Below are positions 62,501 through 64,000 of a DNA stretch of 64,000 bases, one piece after another. Origin of the DNA: Octopus vulgaris. Taxonomy: Eukaryota. The stretch's first letter is position 1. Each line of letters begins with the position of its first letter. The notes beneath the pieces are model-generated. The model had not been told where the DNA came from and ran no database searches. It saw nothing but the letters and a program-made list of their open reading frames with translations. The stretch spans positions 50,282,001-50,346,000 of the forward strand of contig OX597826.1 of assembly GCA_951406725.2 (NCBI GenBank), written 5' to 3'. The position numbers were made by a program, and so were the translations under genes.

Positions 62501-63439
62501 CTGGTTGTCAGTCTGTGGTGGGGGGACACAAACACAGACACACAGAGGCTTTTTTCAGTTTCTTTCCACCAGCTCTACTCTCAAGGTTTTGGTTGGCCTG
62601 AGGCTATAGCAGAAGACCCTTGGCCCAAAGTGTCACACAGTGGAACTGAACCTGGAACCATGTGGCTGGAAAGCAAGCTTCTTACACAACCATGCCTGCA
62701 CCTCTAACATCTCTATAGATTCTTACTTTTTTTTACACCACGTCATGTTTTGATGTATTTCCATCATATTTTCACCATTTCATTTAATAGCTGTTGAGAA
62801 CCAATCACTAGCATTTAGATTTAACTTGTAGCTCTTATAAGAAATGTTTGTTTTTAAGTTAAGATTAACCCTTTTTATATCAAAGTGCCTGAGATCACCA
62901 CTGGTTCTATGATACCAACTCTTGTTGTTTTAAAGTAATCAAAATTTAAACTTTCCATCAAAATTTCATGTTAATTTATATGTTAAACATTAGCTTAATG
63001 AGGATAGAATTATTTCACTAAGTTCTTCATTATTTTCAAAGTTAATAGAATCAAAGGCAATAGAAATATGGTAACAAAGGTGTTAAGCGCAATTCAGCCA
63101 TATAAGAAACATGGTAAAACCTATAGAAACATCAGTTTTAAGTATGACTACCTTGTGAGGATTCTAATTTTAAAAAAAAATATTGTTAAGCTAAGTGCAG
63201 ATTCTCCTCTCTAGTCTGAATATGTTTTGAAATTGATAAACATTAATTTTGTATGACAATTCTTTTTGATGCAGTGCCAAGATACTTTGGTCCAGTTTGG
63301 AAGCTTTTTATCAATGCAACTGAGTACAGAAGAATTTATCAAGCGTCTACCACCAATCAATGAATTAATTGGTGTTTATCACGTCCCTCAAGATGCTGCA
63401 TTCTTTTTATGTCGACCATTATATTCATATAGAGTCAAT
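14269..63439 (+). CDS. THOC2: THO complex subunit 2, 5' portion (20 exons, 2445 nt, 815 aa; gene continues beyond the window)
   Basis: Manually spliced frame is continuous with consistent phases. It contains hallmark segments [55 protein letters not shown] and [16 protein letters not shown]. Confidence 0.98.
16255..16408. repeat. 154-bp imperfect palindrome/hairpin
   Basis: CTGTTGTGTCTGGGGAGAG...GGTAAAATTTCCACTCA [~9-nt loop] TGAGTGGAAATTTTACC...CTCTCCCCGGACACAACAG. Confidence 0.88.
16745..17288. mobile_element. Old MITE with long imperfect inverted arms, apparently inside a TACCGTATTT-ended pogo/Tigger-like element (~16686-17390)
   Basis: CAAGTGTGCCCT...TCGACTTTGCTTCCTCATAACTT is mirrored by AAGCTATGAGGAAACAAAGTCGA...AGGGCATACTTG. 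Confidence 0.6.
17752..18140 (-). mobile_element. Family C retroposon
   Basis: (CAT)n tail, GATGCCCTTCCTAACGCCAACCACTCC core and internal tandem units. Confidence 0.8.
20880..21760 (+). mobile_element. Decayed non-LTR retrotransposon 3' end with restriction-like endonuclease domain (CRE/NeSL-type), split by a family C insertion (~21187-21426)
   Basis: [18 protein letters not shown] | insertion | [10 protein letters not shown]...KKSKFAKY...[13 protein letters not shown]...[15 protein letters not shown] follows the RPDG...WDxT...KxxKY...PxAVETxG...QRxSLAxQxGNA pattern. TGTGG is repeated around the insertion. Confidence 0.7.
22078..22442 (+). mobile_element. Family B SINE
   Basis: Same head, core and tail as 6551-6907. 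Confidence 0.85.
23911..24132. mobile_element. piggyBac-like MITE, second family
   Basis: TTAA-CCCTTTCATTAC ... GTAATGAAAGCG-TTAA. Related copies near 205-380 and 62865-63086. Confidence 0.7.
25914..26270 (+). mobile_element. Family C retroposon inserted in a hAT-like MITE (~25676-26408)
   Basis: Three to four AAAAAGCACC units plus tail; host ends CGTTTCTCAAC / GTTGAGAAACACTG. Confidence 0.8.
27750..28550. mobile_element. Unclassified DNA-element relic; inverted homologue at ~56838-58140
   Basis: For example CTTCCTCTGTCAGTTGAGTAAAGTGTCATCCAAGCTGATGTTTA here versus its reverse complement at ~57160-57204. Confidence 0.7.
30534..31131. repeat. ~600-bp compound (TA)n/(TG)n microsatellite
   Basis: Nearly uninterrupted alternating purine-pyrimidine tract; the source of five spurious ORFs over 200 aa. 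Confidence 0.98.
33480..35250 (-). mobile_element. Decayed Ty3/Gypsy pol relic (reverse transcriptase region)
   Basis: Minus-strand pieces [67 protein letters not shown] and [10 protein letters not shown]...LIQPL occur in Gypsy RT order between ~33790 and 34200. Outer boundaries are uncertain. Confidence 0.7.
36112..36259 (+). CDS. THOC2: THOC2 exon 2 (probable GC donor)
   Basis: [49 protein letters not shown]; acceptor TTTTACAG; donor GTG|GCAAGT. Confidence 0.88.
38318..38593 (+). mobile_element. Family C retroposon
   Basis: Very similar to copies at 25914-26270 and 52228-52468. Confidence 0.85.
40357..40408 (+). CDS. THOC2: THOC2 exon 3
   Basis: [17 protein letters not shown](D); AG/GT ends, phases 0/1. 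Confidence 0.92.
41549..41619 (+). CDS. THOC2: THOC2 exon 4
   Basis: [23 protein letters not shown]; phases 1/0. Confidence 0.92.
42399..42520 (+). CDS. THOC2: THOC2 exon 5
   Basis: [40 protein letters not shown](Y); phases 0/2. Confidence 0.96.
42660..42827 (+). other. Rearranged tandem duplicate of THOC2 exon 6 (pseudo-exon or cassette exon)
   Basis: First 34 nt and last 37 nt are identical to exon 6, with acceptor TTTGCAG and donor AG|GTTTGT. About 70 nt of downstream intron is also duplicated. The middle 63 nt is replaced by 97 unrelated nt. Confidence 0.85.
43252..43385 (+). CDS. THOC2: THOC2 exon 6
   Basis: [44 protein letters not shown](G); phases 2/1. Confidence 0.97.
44279..44643. 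repeat. ~166-bp direct duplication (44279-44444 and 44477-44643)
   Basis: AATACCTATGCCAAAAGC...TTCATCTCCTTCTA occurs twice, nearly identical; it includes the right end of a hAT MITE (~44085-44380). Confidence 0.92.
44709..44869 (+). CDS. THOC2: THOC2 exon 7
   Basis: [27 protein letters not shown]...[13 protein letters not shown]; phases 1/0. Confidence 0.97.
44960..45359 (-). mobile_element. Tandem pair of family D SINEs
   Basis: Two ~195-bp near-identical copies of the GAGCTGGCAGAATC...TTTGCCTTTCATCCTTT family. Other copies near 23320, 28980, 37365, 49420, 55740 and 56130. Confidence 0.8.
46236..46328 (+). CDS. THOC2: THOC2 exon 8
   Basis: [31 protein letters not shown]; phases 0/0. Confidence 0.96.
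46371..46729 (-). mobile_element. Family B SINE
   Basis: Reverse complement of the 47370-47770 family. Confidence 0.85.
47370..47770 (+). mobile_element. Family B SINE, well preserved (CpGs retained)
   Basis: GCAGGAATGGCTGTGTGGTAAGTAGC...GGTTCCGGGTTCAGTCCC...CTGAAACAAGTAAAAGAG. Confidence 0.9.
48917..49066 (+). CDS. THOC2: THOC2 exon 9
   Basis: [29 protein letters not shown]...DAKINL; phases 0/0. Confidence 0.95.
49180..49352 (+). CDS. THOC2: THOC2 exon 10
   Basis: [30 protein letters not shown]...LIEPIYR(E); phases 0/2. Confidence 0.96.
51006..51198 (+). CDS. THOC2: THOC2 exon 11
   Basis: NTGFPAAVL...[33 protein letters not shown]; phases 2/0. Confidence 0.96.
51483..51643 (+). CDS. THOC2: THOC2 exon 12
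   Basis: [10 protein letters not shown]...[33 protein letters not shown](R); phases 0/2. Confidence 0.96.
52228..52468 (+). mobile_element. Family C retroposon
   Basis: Core and (GAT)n tail as in other copies. Confidence 0.85.
52960..53061 (+). CDS. THOC2: THOC2 exon 13
   Basis: [33 protein letters not shown](K); phases 2/2. Confidence 0.97.
55298..55524. mobile_element. piggyBac-like MITE with TTAA TSD
   Basis: TTAA-CCCTTTAGT ... ACTAAAGGG-TTAA. Related copies near 378-597, 24309-24525, 26471-26672, 38031-38260, 53150-53344 and 59866-60364. Confidence 0.85.
55590..55674 (+). CDS. THOC2: THOC2 exon 14
   Basis: [28 protein letters not shown]; phases 2/0. Confidence 0.97.
55948..56128. repeat. 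(ATT)n/(ATC)n compound microsatellite
   Basis: Direct reading of the sequence. Confidence 0.95.
56469..56562 (+). CDS. THOC2: THOC2 exon 15
   Basis: [31 protein letters not shown](Y); followed by the U12 donor GTATCCTT. Confidence 0.96.
56716..58293. mobile_element. pogo/Tigger-like non-autonomous element with TA TSD, containing other relics
   Basis: TA-CCATAAAAACTCATGTAATTT ... AAATTACATTTGTTTTTACGG-TA. Confidence 0.65.
58599..58989 (+). mobile_element. Full-length young tRNA-derived SINE with 12-bp TSD
   Basis: A box TGGCCCAGTGG and B-box-like GGTTTCGATTCC. TSD ATGCCAGAAAAT at 58587-58598 and 58990-59001. Many CpGs intact. Confidence 0.92.
59149..59229 (+). CDS. THOC2: THOC2 exon 16
   Basis: [26 protein letters not shown](S); phases 1/1. 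Confidence 0.95.
60054..60320 (+). mobile_element. tRNA-derived CORE-like SINE inserted in a piggyBac-like MITE
   Basis: TGGCTTAGTGGTTAG...GGTTTCAATTCC head and TTCTTGAGCAA core; TTGAATAA on both flanks. Relatives near 25337, 48290 and 54825-55070. Confidence 0.75.
60567..60663 (+). CDS. THOC2: THOC2 exon 17
   Basis: [31 protein letters not shown](S); phases 1/2. Confidence 0.97.
61840..61957 (+). CDS. THOC2: THOC2 exon 18
   Basis: [39 protein letters not shown]; phases 2/0. Confidence 0.97.
62138..62317 (+). CDS. THOC2: THOC2 exon 19
   Basis: [38 protein letters not shown]...[11 protein letters not shown]; phases 0/0. Confidence 0.97.
62330..62703 (-). mobile_element. Family B SINE
   Basis: Reverse complement of the family B sequence, starting just after the exon 19 donor. 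Confidence 0.8.
63275..63439 (+). CDS. THOC2: THOC2 exon 20
   Basis: [55 protein letters not shown]; donor GTAAGT. Confidence 0.96.
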
Positions 63440-64000
63440 GTAAGTATCTATCATAACCACATCATACCTATTTTTGCAATTCCTTTCTGATTTGGTTTAG
63501 CAGTTCTGTTATAGAATTTTTCTGCCTACAGTCAATTCACCTAATAAAATCTCCTTGCTTAATGAAATCAATTCAGTCTATATGCCATTGGCCCAGCTCT
63601 GTTATAATTACTGATTACTGACAGCTCTTTATCATTCAGTTTTATTAAATGTTTCAGTACTGTATTTGATGGCATAAAAGATGCACGAGCATTTTAAATG
63701 CACTCCAAATTCAGCAGTAGATATTCACGGGGTAGTGGGGAACCCATCTTAGTGCCTTATGGGAGACTCAGTTTCACATATAGGACCCAGGGTGATTTTT
63801 TTTTTTTTGCTGAGGAGATGAGTTTTTTAAAAATGCCCTTAATATATCTTATATGGGCAGGAGAGAATGCACACTGTTTTAGGGCCTTCTACTTAACGGC
63901 TTTGTAGTACACCTGCCCCCATCACTGATGTGTGACCCACCTTCTGGATTTGTAATTGGCCTTCTCATTTGCAGCTGGCCACAAAACATTTCATATCTTC

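Overview
Eukaryotic, AT-rich, repeat-dense animal DNA. The SINE, MITE and microsatellite content suggests a coleoid cephalopod, probably Octopus; this is an inference from recalled repeat sequences, not a database hit. Two genes are arranged head-to-head about 10 kb apart. On the minus strand is the first coding exon of a probable ALKBH8 (4092-4217). On the plus strand are the first 20 coding exons of THOC2 (14269-63439), which I joined by hand into a continuous 815-codon frame that continues past the window. THOC2 has a 21.8-kb TE-filled first intron, a probable GC-AG intron 2 and a clear U12-type intron 15. It also has a rearranged, stop-free, frame-preserving duplicate of exon 6. The intergenic region holds two type I hammerhead ribozyme motifs on opposite strands in Penelope-like context, a 150-bp inverted repeat, nested 8-bp-TSD MITEs carrying TTAGGG repeats, and a deleted hAT transposon. 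Most ORFs in the supplied track are repeat or microsatellite artefacts. Repeat boundaries are approximate unless TSDs are quoted, and protein similarities are from memory of the human orthologues and TE families.
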